Assembly (NCBI GenBank): GCA_001897305.1 | Contig: MKSO01000001.1 | Coordinates: forward strand, 868,472-900,471 | Direction of reading: 5' to 3' | DNA length: 32,000 nt | Origin: Candidatus Saccharimonadota bacterium | Lineage (GTDB): Bacteria; Patescibacteriota; Saccharimonadia; Saccharimonadales; Saccharimonadaceae | In this document: piece after piece, positions 14,994 through 22,464 of the stretch | Layout of the letters: each line of letters opens with the position of its first letter | Position numbering within the stretch: position 1 is the stretch's first letter | Notes under the pieces: generated by a model | Database searches by the model: none | Told to the model about the DNA's origin: nothing | Seen by the model: only the letters and a program-made list of their open reading frames with translations | Made by a program: the position numbers and the translations under genes

Positions 14994-15299
14994 ATGAAAA
15001 TGACAGATGATGCGATGAAGATGCGAAATGGAACCAGTTTCCGGAGCTATATCAATGCCCAGTATGACAAACTGGTTGAACTATTCGGTGAGCCGTTTAC
15101 CGATACCAATAATCATAAGACGGATGCTGAATGGATCGTCGCTACTCCATACGGCCCAGCCACGATCTACAATTACAAGAATGGCTTCTCATATTTAGGA
15201 CTTAGCGGATTAAAGCTCGAAGAGATGAATGAGTGGCACGTTGGTGGCAGAAATAAGCAAAGCTACGAGTGGATCGTAGAAAAAATCACTACTGGTTGA
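14994..15299 (+). CDS. Hypothetical small protein (101 aa), phage-like
   Basis: AAAGGAA RBS-like sequence and an intact ORF. 'TIYNYK' and 'WHVGG' resemble motifs I recall from phage hypothetical proteins, but no family can be assigned. Confidence 0.5.
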   Translation: MKMTDDAMKMRNGTSFRSYINAQYDKLVELFGEPFTDTNNHKTDAEWIVATPYGPATIYNYKNGFSYLGLSGLKLEEMNEWHVGGRNKQSYEWIVEKITTG

Positions 15300-16209
15300 T
15301 ATCGTAACTCTGTTGGATGAGATTCATCACATAATCTAAATCAGTAGCGGACGTGACTTCAACTTCATAGTCACCATTGCCCCAATGGCCTATGTGCACA
15401 GGTGACTCAACGTCACGAGCAAGTCCCCGCGGGTCATCTAGCGTGCCGGTCTTCATGTTGATATAAAGTTTTAGCTTAGACTTCTTGAAGACGACATCAA
15501 CAAAGTTTCGTGTCGTTTTGTAGGCTACGTACATCTTCTTTGGATCCTCGATAATTTCCGTATCGATAGCCAAGATCCGCTCTTTCAGTGATGCAAATAG
15601 CGCTTTGGTCTCTTCATTTGCCATTGCTAAGTGATACTCAAGTGTGAACGTTTCCTGCAGCTTCTCTGGCTTGCCAGAGTCAGTGGTGAACTTCGGTACG
15701 TCTTGCAGCTTCACCTTTTGATAGTTTTCAGTATCCAGTGTTAGCAAACCATCTTCATATAGCTTGTACCGATACAGTTCGATGTTAATAGGCAATAAGT
15801 CGGCGGTGTCTGTGTCGAACTTGTTATAACTCTCGGCAACGCAAATCACTCGCGGAGCGGCCCATTGAATAGCTATCGTAATATTCTTTTCATTGCAAAG
15901 CTTCTCAAAACTATCTTTATGATCAAGCAGCCAACGAAGATATGACAGGCCCTGGTTGATTACGTTCTCGTTATGCCCCTTTTTGTATTCGATAATGCAC
16001 GGATTACCTTCGTCATCGATACCAAGCGTATCCATACGCCCACCAAAACTCGTTGAATATTCGCTCGCTAAAAAGTGAACGCCAAGCAGTTCATGAAGAC
16101 TAGCTTCGAAGATACGCTGAACATCGCGTTCAAGGATTCGTTTGCCGTTTAAGTTTGTGATTGGCTTCAGTCGAGAGGCGTTATTGTTAGATACTTTAAA
16201 TAAACTCAT
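15289..16209 (-). CDS. NucS/DUF91-like PD-(D/E)XK nuclease-fold protein with DUF5655-like C-terminal domain
   Basis: 'GGRMDTLGIDDEGNPCIIEYKKG' gives D...E-x-K. The C-terminal 'YVAYKTTRNFVDVVF...KLYI...GHWGNGDYEV' resembles DUF5655. Confidence 0.6.
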   Translation of the reverse strand: MSLFKVSNNNASRLKPITNLNGKRILERDVQRIFEASLHELLGVHFLASEYSTSFGGRMDTLGIDDEGNPCIIEYKKGHNENVINQGLSYLRWLLDHKDSFEKLCNEKNITIAIQWAAPRVICVAESYNKFDTDTADLLPINIELYRYKLYEDGLLTLDTENYQKVKLQDVPKFTTDSGKPEKLQETFTLEYHLAMANEETKALFASLKERILAIDTEIIEDPKKMYVAYKTTRNFVDVVFKKSKLKLYINMKTGTLDDPRGLARDVESPVHIGHWGNGDYEVEVTSATDLDYVMNLIQQSYDINQ

Positions 16210-16260
16210 AATTTCATATATTATCTCACTTTTCGCTAGACTTTACTACTGTTAGGCGGT

Positions 16261-17565
16261 ATGTTGGTGCTTGCAATGGAAACACAAGCACCTCAACTAA
16301 AATATTGCCTCTACGCACGAAAATCGTCTGAATCGGACGAACGTCAGGCTATGAGCATTGATTCACAGCTGGCCGAGATGCGAGCCCTCGCAGTAAACGA
16401 AGGATTAAACGTCGTCTGCGAGCTACAGGAGAGCCACTCAGCAAAAGACTCAGGCAAACGCCCGGTATATAACCAAATGCTCGCTGGAATCGCGAACGAG
16501 GAATATAATGCCGTGCTTACTTGGGCGCCGGATCGGCTCAGTCGAAATGCTGGCGACTTAGGGTCAGTAGTCGACTTGATGGATCAGCACAAGCTACTTC
16601 ACATACGTACCTATTCACAAACATTTACCAATAGCCCGAATGAGAAATTCCTTCTCATGATCCTCTGCTCACAAGCAAAGCTTGAGAATGACAACAAAAG
16701 CATCAATGTAAAGCGTGGCATCCGAACTAAGTGCGAAATGGGGTGGCGACCTGGCACCGCTCCACTCGGCTATATAAATAGATCATTCGGCGGCGTCACT
16801 GACATCATCCCTGACCCTGACCGTTCCGATATCATCACCGAGATGTTTCATAAAGCCGCTCAGGGCTGGAGCGGCAGGAGGCTAAAGGCCTGGCTTGATG
16901 AGCAAGGTATTACGACCAGAAGTGGACGAACCGTGCCAGTGAGTAGTGTCCTCGCGATGCTTATAAACCCCTTCTACTACGGTGAGTTCCAGTACCCCGA
17001 AGGTCCAGGAAATCCATGGTACAAAGGAGCGCATAAACCACTCATTTCCAAGGAGTTGTGGGATGAAGTACAGCAGACACGTGGAGTAAATAAAGGCGTG
17101 TGGGGATCGAAGCAGTTTGCCTTCCGCGGTCTACTAAAATGCGGTCGGTGCGGGGCTGAAGTAACGGCACAGGAAAAGATAAAGCTACTCAAGAAAAAAG
17201 GCGTGCATAAAAGGTTCGTCTACTATAACTGCACCCGCAAGATAGATCCGAACTGTAAAGAGAAATACATTAACGAAGACGTACTATGCGAGCTACTTGA
17301 ACCGCTAATCGAAAAACAGGTAAAAAAGATCCGCGTAACCCCTAAACTACAAGCAAAGATAGATCGACACTACGCCGTCGCACAAAATATCCTACATCAG
17401 TACGGAGTGGAACGGCCGCCAGCAACTCCGCTCGTCGAATACTCTAGATACGTACTGCGAAGCGGTAGCGAAACAGAAAAAACCGCCTTCGCCAATGGGA
17501 TCATGAATAAGATAGCCGTAAGGAATGGTGAATTAAAAATCACCCATGAACGGACCGATCCGTAG
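16261..17565 (+). CDS. Large serine recombinase (resolvase N-terminal + recombinase + Zn-ribbon domains)
   Basis: 'YCLYARKSSESDERQAMSIDSQ' (catalytic Ser region), 'DRLSRN', a recombinase-domain stretch, and 'CGRCGAEV...YYNCTRK' Zn ribbon. Confidence 0.85.
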   Translation: MLVLAMETQAPQLKYCLYARKSSESDERQAMSIDSQLAEMRALAVNEGLNVVCELQESHSAKDSGKRPVYNQMLAGIANEEYNAVLTWAPDRLSRNAGDLGSVVDLMDQHKLLHIRTYSQTFTNSPNEKFLLMILCSQAKLENDNKSINVKRGIRTKCEMGWRPGTAPLGYINRSFGGVTDIIPDPDRSDIITEMFHKAAQGWSGRRLKAWLDEQGITTRSGRTVPVSSVLAMLINPFYYGEFQYPEGPGNPWYKGAHKPLISKELWDEVQQTRGVNKGVWGSKQFAFRGLLKCGRCGAEVTAQEKIKLLKKKGVHKRFVYYNCTRKIDPNCKEKYINEDVLCELLEPLIEKQVKKIRVTPKLQAKIDRHYAVAQNILHQYGVERPPATPLVEYSRYVLRSGSETEKTAFANGIMNKIAVRNGELKITHERTDP

Positions 17566-17572
17566 CAGACGA

Positions 17573-18526
17573 CTAATTTGAGTCGATTCCGTAGAAGGAC
17601 TTCAGCTTCTTTGCGACACGCGGCGCCAGCTTTCGGGGTATAAACTTAAGCACATTATTAGCCTTATCAATTCTTGAAGGTGGAAGGTTATTGAACCCCG
17701 CGTCAATAAGTTTTTGCTCATAACCGAAAGGCATCGCGATCAATGTCTCAAAGGGTGTGCCAGCATCGTAACCACCAATACATCTAAATCCTATCACACC
17801 ATACCTCTTACGAACTATGAGAGTTACGTCGATCGGCGTCCCATGACCGAATGAGGCACTGCTCTTTATGACAGTAGATCTCTTATAATATGATCTATAG
17901 TGTTTTATCAGCGAACGGATCACGACATGCAGTGCAACCGCACGATTAATTAAATCATTTGTTCTTTGCAATTCGTATATTGTCGGGTATCCGGCATCAT
18001 CAGCAATAGTAACCCCCGACCTGCCAGTACTCTTAATTGCATAGTCACCATGTGCGATTGCATTTCTAAACCTTGCATCGAAAGCCGATTCGAAAGGTTG
18101 ATATACATTTTCAAAATCCGTTCCCCGCGCAATCGACTTGAGTCTATCGATTTTTTGCTCAACTTTTAGATTTGCAAACTTCTTATTTCTATGGTTTGCA
18201 ATTATGTAATCTTCGCCCTTCACCGTGTTAACTAGGTTAGCGATAATTTCATAGTGCTCAGAACTCTCAATTAGATGGAGGTAGGTCCACAAGTTGATGT
18301 TAAATCCCAATGATCCCCTGAATTTGCGCTGTTGCTTATAAATCTCTTCGAAAACATTCTGCGTATTCTCGAACGGGTCCCATCCATCATCACTCATCCC
18401 GCGCATCGCGAGTATCGTCATAATTACGTTAAATTCCGACACATCGAAGGCTTTCTTGAAAAGAGGTTCAAAAACCTCCATGTATTCCTCGACAAATTGA
18501 GAGTAGTTATTTGTTACCTGAGCCAT
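17573..18526 (-). CDS. HEPN-domain (Rx4H) protein, Abi-like
   Basis: 'FDARFRNAIAHGDYAI' contains the canonical RNxxxH HEPN motif in a helical context. ATG 18526 is preferred (the track start at 18550 is a TTG). An extended -10 box lies 7 nt upstream. Confidence 0.6.
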   Translation of the reverse strand: MAQVTNNYSQFVEEYMEVFEPLFKKAFDVSEFNVIMTILAMRGMSDDGWDPFENTQNVFEEIYKQQRKFRGSLGFNINLWTYLHLIESSEHYEIIANLVNTVKGEDYIIANHRNKKFANLKVEQKIDRLKSIARGTDFENVYQPFESAFDARFRNAIAHGDYAIKSTGRSGVTIADDAGYPTIYELQRTNDLINRAVALHVVIRSLIKHYRSYYKRSTVIKSSASFGHGTPIDVTLIVRKRYGVIGFRCIGGYDAGTPFETLIAMPFGYEQKLIDAGFNNLPPSRIDKANNVLKFIPRKLAPRVAKKLKSFYGIDSN

Positions 18527-18631
18527 ATAAAATATCTTATCACTGGTCAAGGAACTCGGTCAGTATTTCGGCTGTCCAGTCGCCCTAGGAGAAACCAGTC
18601 AATTTCAGGACTAAACATCAAGGGTGAACAC

Positions 18632-18655
18632 GAAAAAACCGCCCTTTCGGACGGT
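18632..18655 (-). terminator. Rho-independent terminator downstream of tRNA-Asn
   Basis: The minus strand reads ACCGTCC-GAAA-GGGCGGT (7-bp stem with one G-U, GAAA loop) followed by TTTTTT. Confidence 0.6.
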
Positions 18656-18763
18656 TCTATCGGTTTCTGTACCTTTTGATAACAATTGGTACTCTTGTCT
18701 GACTCAAGGGGTAAATCTGACTTTTGGTCAGGGAACCCGGTCTGGGTATTTACCTGCTGAGTC

Positions 18764-18838
18764 TGGCTCCGGCGGCTGGATTCGAACCAGCGACCTCGAA
18801 GTTAACAGCTTCTTGCGCTACCGCTGCGCCACGCCGGA
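18764..18838 (-). tRNA. tRNA-Asn (anticodon GTT), CCA encoded
   Basis: Reverse complement: TCCGGCG-TG-GCGC-AGCGGTA-GCGC-A-AGAAG-CTGTTAA-CTTCG-AGGTC-GCTGG-TTCGAAT-CCAGC-CGCCGGA-G-CCA. Full cloverleaf with 7-bp acceptor stem, canonical T-loop and anticodon GTT. Confidence 0.92.
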
Positions 18839-18870
18839 ATAGTGGCACGTTTATTAAAACGCTAGGCCGT

Positions 18871-18899
18871 ATTATACCGCTCTTATCAGGGGTAGTCAA
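18871..18899 (-). promoter_or_regulatory. Sigma-70-type promoter of tRNA-Asn
   Basis: The minus strand reads TTGACT (18899-18894), 17 nt, TATAAT (18876-18871), about 30 nt upstream of the tRNA 5' end. Confidence 0.6.
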
Positions 18900-18922
18900 G
18901 CGCCTAAAACACCCTCACCCAA

Positions 18923-19228
18923 TTACTCTACTTGCCGGGCATACACCACCACACGGTGATCAAGGGTCTCGCGGTCTTTCACCCATGCGCCGGTGCAGGT
19001 CATCAGTGTTAAGCCGCGCGACACGCCCTCGTAGGGCAGTAGCGCAGCACGCATATCAACGCCTGCAAGGGGGGACCGTTTCGGTCTTCACCACCGTGTA
19101 CTTTACGGTGCTTTTAATAGACTGGTCGTTTTTTGTTCAACAGCCCATTAGTCGTATGCAATAAAGCCTGCTATGCCAGCAACAATAACCGCTATACCAA
19201 TAACAAAAACCAGGGTGTGTTTCTTCAC
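18923..19228 (-). pseudogene. Sortase remnant (internally deleted and frameshifted)
   Basis: A 26-codon TM anchor ORF (GTG 19228 to TAA 19148) is followed in other frames by 'KYTVVKTETVPP' and 'GLTLMTCTGAW...DHRVVVYARQVE*' (sortase TLxTC + R signature). The frame changes at a G6 run (19069-19074). Only ~47 codons separate the anchor from TLxTC. Confidence 0.5.
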
Positions 19229-19230
19229 CC

Positions 19231-19659
19231 CTACTTCATCTCCCGGGCCAGCTTTATACGCATCGCATCGTAAGCGCTCTCGAACCCAAGCACCTTCAAG
19301 GCTCCGATTAACACGTACAGTTCATCAAGCAGCTGGGAGCTTGGGGCACTACGATAACGGCCAAATCGTTCCTCTACCGCATCCACCAGCCATTTTTCCT
19401 TGGCGGGGTCAACAGACTTTACTGGTTCACTCGCCGTGTATTGAGACGACACAACCTCTAATGAACGAGCCGAATTATCCCGTTTGCGTACATAGCCCTT
19501 GGCAATCAGCCCATCAATATGAATCGCCACTGTCGAGACGGACTTATACCCTAAACCGCTCATAATTTCACGGTAACTTGGGCCGTAGCCATGCTCTTTA
19601 ATAAATGCATCGACAAAATCAAGCAGTTCTTTTTGTCGCCTGGTAGACCGTTCAGCCAT
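19231..19659 (-). CDS. LexA-type winged-helix DNA-binding domain protein without the S24 peptidase domain
   Basis: 'LLDFVDAFIKEHGYGPSYREIMSGLGYKSVSTVAIHIDGLIAKGYV' matches the LexA N-terminal domain. No Ala-Gly/Ser-Lys autocleavage module in the 142 aa. Its ATG directly follows the TAA of the upstream gene. Confidence 0.7.
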   Translation of the reverse strand: MAERSTRRQKELLDFVDAFIKEHGYGPSYREIMSGLGYKSVSTVAIHIDGLIAKGYVRKRDNSARSLEVVSSQYTASEPVKSVDPAKEKWLVDAVEERFGRYRSAPSSQLLDELYVLIGALKVLGFESAYDAMRIKLAREMK

Positions 19660-20982
19660 TTAGCGCCTCGCTTTCTTTTTAGGCTTTGTCGTCTTAGCTA
19701 GTGGTACCGCTAAAGCAATTGCCGCCATACCCCACCAAATAATCGAGACTGTATCGTCTGCCCACACCGGCAAAACAAAACTCGCCACTGCCAACCCAAT
19801 ACCCGAAGCAAATACTGCTAACGCAAACCATTGCGCCCGCCGCTTCCATAAGGCCTTAAGCACCATAATAGTAATGGCAATGAATAAGGCAAGCCCCAGC
19901 CAACCAGTTTCATGGGCAATAAACAAATAGTGGTTCTCGATAATAACACCCTTATCAGACAGAAGCGATGCCGAGCCGGTGCTGCCAATACCCGCTCCAA
20001 ACGGCTGGCGCAGCAACCGAGCGGTGCCATCTGCTAGCGATTCGGCATGGCCGTCATTTGAGTTAACGTTATTTCCCTGGTTAGGGTCCTCGTGCAGAAT
20101 AACCTGCGACACAAACGTGGTGTCACGAAATACCACTGCGCCCACACCCACCAGTACTACCAGCACCGCTAGTCCAGCCCATACCCAAACCGACACTTTT
20201 TTGCCAAATACCACCACCGCCAGCAACACTACCGCTACAATCGCTGCCAAGAGAGCGCTGCGCGAATAGCTTGCCCACAGCGCCACTACAGAACCAATCA
20301 CCAAAAAGGCGAGTCCCCAGGCCTCTTTCTTAGCGAGCTGTCGCGGTTTTCGCCACAGCACCGACAATGCCACCGCCAAAACAATAACCGCATACACACC
20401 CAGCGGGTTCGGTCCACGCAGCGTACTATTAATACGAATGTAGTCCATATTTTCATCAACCGTCAGGAAGGGTGCTATTGTTGCCTTGCTGTATCCCAAG
20501 TACTTCAAAATATCATGTGGCAATACCGTAGCCTGCAATACGGCGAACCCAATCACTACGAAAGCGCCGGCAATAAACACCTTCACAAATAATCCGTAAT
20601 ACTGTGGGAATAACCGTAGGGCTACATATACCAACCCAAAGAAAAGGAAAAAGCGCAAATTTGCCAGTATACCCGCTACTGTCGCCTCGAAGCCGGTGTA
20701 AAAGAAGGGGATGAGCACCAAACACAGCGCCGTAAAAGCCGTAATACCGTAAATAATAGGGCTACGAAGGATATCCCACTGCTTACGCCTGTACAAAATA
20801 ATGCAGCCTATCAGTAAAGCTACGCCCATAAGTATTTCTTTCCACGACTTTACAAGCAGCGAAGCGTCCGGCCACAGTGTTGAAAGCGCCACCGTCAATG
20901 GCGCGTGCAATACAATACCCCCGAAAATAACCAGCAAAATAGCAATGTATACTTTTTCGAGTAGCGAAGTGGTTTTAGCCAT
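19660..20982 (-). CDS. O-antigen ligase/polymerase (Wzy_C) family membrane protein
   Basis: 440 aa, polytopic. 'SRSALLAAIVAVVLL' and the loop 'ENHYLFIAHETGWLGL' are typical of the O-antigen ligase family. Confidence 0.75.
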   Translation of the reverse strand: MAKTTSLLEKVYIAILLVIFGGIVLHAPLTVALSTLWPDASLLVKSWKEILMGVALLIGCIILYRRKQWDILRSPIIYGITAFTALCLVLIPFFYTGFEATVAGILANLRFFLFFGLVYVALRLFPQYYGLFVKVFIAGAFVVIGFAVLQATVLPHDILKYLGYSKATIAPFLTVDENMDYIRINSTLRGPNPLGVYAVIVLAVALSVLWRKPRQLAKKEAWGLAFLVIGSVVALWASYSRSALLAAIVAVVLLAVVVFGKKVSVWVWAGLAVLVVLVGVGAVVFRDTTFVSQVILHEDPNQGNNVNSNDGHAESLADGTARLLRQPFGAGIGSTGSASLLSDKGVIIENHYLFIAHETGWLGLALFIAITIMVLKALWKRRAQWFALAVFASGIGLAVASFVLPVWADDTVSIIWWGMAAIALAVPLAKTTKPKKKARR

Positions 20983-21025
20983 ATCCCCTAGTTTACCCCA
21001 GAAAATGGTACAATGAATAGTACTT

Positions 21026-22462
21026 ATGAGCCGCCGAAATTCTAAGCTGTATAGCTTTATCCTTATGCTCGTTGATGCACTAGTGTTGATTGTTTCCTTT
21101 GTTATCGCCTACATCGCTCGTGTTCAGTACGACCCACGCCCGCTTCTACATAATATTTACGCCTACGACTACCTGTTTGCGTTCTTACTCATTATCCCCT
21201 TCTGGATTGCTATTTTTGGCCTCATTGGCCTGTATCAGCCTAAAACCTATAACCGCCGCCTCATTGAGTGGGGTAAGATCGCGATTGGCTCATTTTTGGG
21301 TATTCTTCTTATTATTGGTTGGGAATACGTCAGCACTAAGGAACTATTCCCCGCCCGCTTGGTTGCGGCCTATGCCCTAGTGGCGTCATTTATCCTTATT
21401 GTTATTGAGCGCGAAGCAATGCGCTTAGTCCGGACCTTAAGCTACCGCTACGGCCGAGGCGTTCGTCGCGTCCTGCTTATTGGGTCGTCCGATGCCGCCG
21501 TGGATATTGCCGAAACCCTAGCCGACACCAAACATAGTGGGCATCGTATCGTCGCTGTGGCTGGGCCAAAACGGCTACTCGGCACTATTGAACATGCTGT
21601 ACATTTTTCTACCCCCGAGGCGGCTTTAAAAGAAATTGAAGCATTAGGCATCTCAACTATTATTCAAACTGATCTTTACGAGGACACTGCACGCAATCAA
21701 CACATCCTTGGGGCAGCCCAAGCACAGCACATTGATTATAATTTTATCCCCGGCGAGTCTGAATTTTACTCTGGTAAAAATACTGTTGATGTCTTCCTTG
21801 GCTACCCGATGATTACCGTTTACCAAACACCCCTTGTGGGTTGGGGCGCAATTATTAAACGCATTTTTGACCTTGTAGCAGGGTCACTAATTACCCTAGT
21901 GTTATCACCCCTCCTCATCGTTATCTTCATCATTAAAAAACTGGTCGATCGTGGCCCGGCATTCTACATCAGCCCTCGACTGAGCCGTTTCTCCGAGCCA
22001 ATTGGTCTTATCAAATTCCGCAGTATGGGCGCGCAATACGGCAGCCGCGATGCCGCCGATGAATTCCGCAGCATGGGCAGGGAAGACCTAGCATTAGAGT
22101 ACGAAACCAACCGCAAAGTCGACAACGACCCTCGCGTTACCCGTTTCGGCAATTGGCTGCGCAAAACCTCAATCGACGAGTTGCCTCAAATTTTCAACGT
22201 TCTGCGTGGCGATATCAGTTTGGTTGGGCCGCGTCCAATCCTTCCCCAAGAAGTAAAACTCGCTAAAGGCCGCACCGCTCTTCTTCATAGTGTTAAGTCG
22301 GGTATGACAGGGCTATGGCAAGTATCTGGGCGTAGCGAGCTGATTTTTGAGGACCGCATTGAACTCGAGCTCTTTTATGCCCAAAACTGGACTTTTTGGC
22401 TTGATATTAAAATTCTATTCAAGACATTCTGGGTGGTTGTTCGCGGCAAAGGAGCAAAATAA
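21026..22462 (+). CDS. Polyprenyl-phosphate glycosyl-1-phosphate (priming) sugar transferase, WbaP/EpsB-like
   Basis: N-terminal TM helices, 'IKRIFDLVAGSL' and 'DELPQIFNVLRGDISLVGPRP' (bacterial sugar transferase domain). Confidence 0.85.
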   Translation: MSRRNSKLYSFILMLVDALVLIVSFVIAYIARVQYDPRPLLHNIYAYDYLFAFLLIIPFWIAIFGLIGLYQPKTYNRRLIEWGKIAIGSFLGILLIIGWEYVSTKELFPARLVAAYALVASFILIVIEREAMRLVRTLSYRYGRGVRRVLLIGSSDAAVDIAETLADTKHSGHRIVAVAGPKRLLGTIEHAVHFSTPEAALKEIEALGISTIIQTDLYEDTARNQHILGAAQAQHIDYNFIPGESEFYSGKNTVDVFLGYPMITVYQTPLVGWGAIIKRIFDLVAGSLITLVLSPLLIVIFIIKKLVDRGPAFYISPRLSRFSEPIGLIKFRSMGAQYGSRDAADEFRSMGREDLALEYETNRKVDNDPRVTRFGNWLRKTSIDELPQIFNVLRGDISLVGPRPILPQEVKLAKGRTALLHSVKSGMTGLWQVSGRSELIFEDRIELELFYAQNWTFWLDIKILFKTFWVVVRGKGAK

Positions 22463-22464
22463 TC

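Noticed and set aside
18624-19565. Plus-strand ORFs 18624-18842, 18724-19164 and 19173-19565
   Set aside because: They overlap the tRNA-Asn gene, the sortase remnant and the LexA-like gene on the opposite strand. The peptides are R/P/S-rich without motifs.
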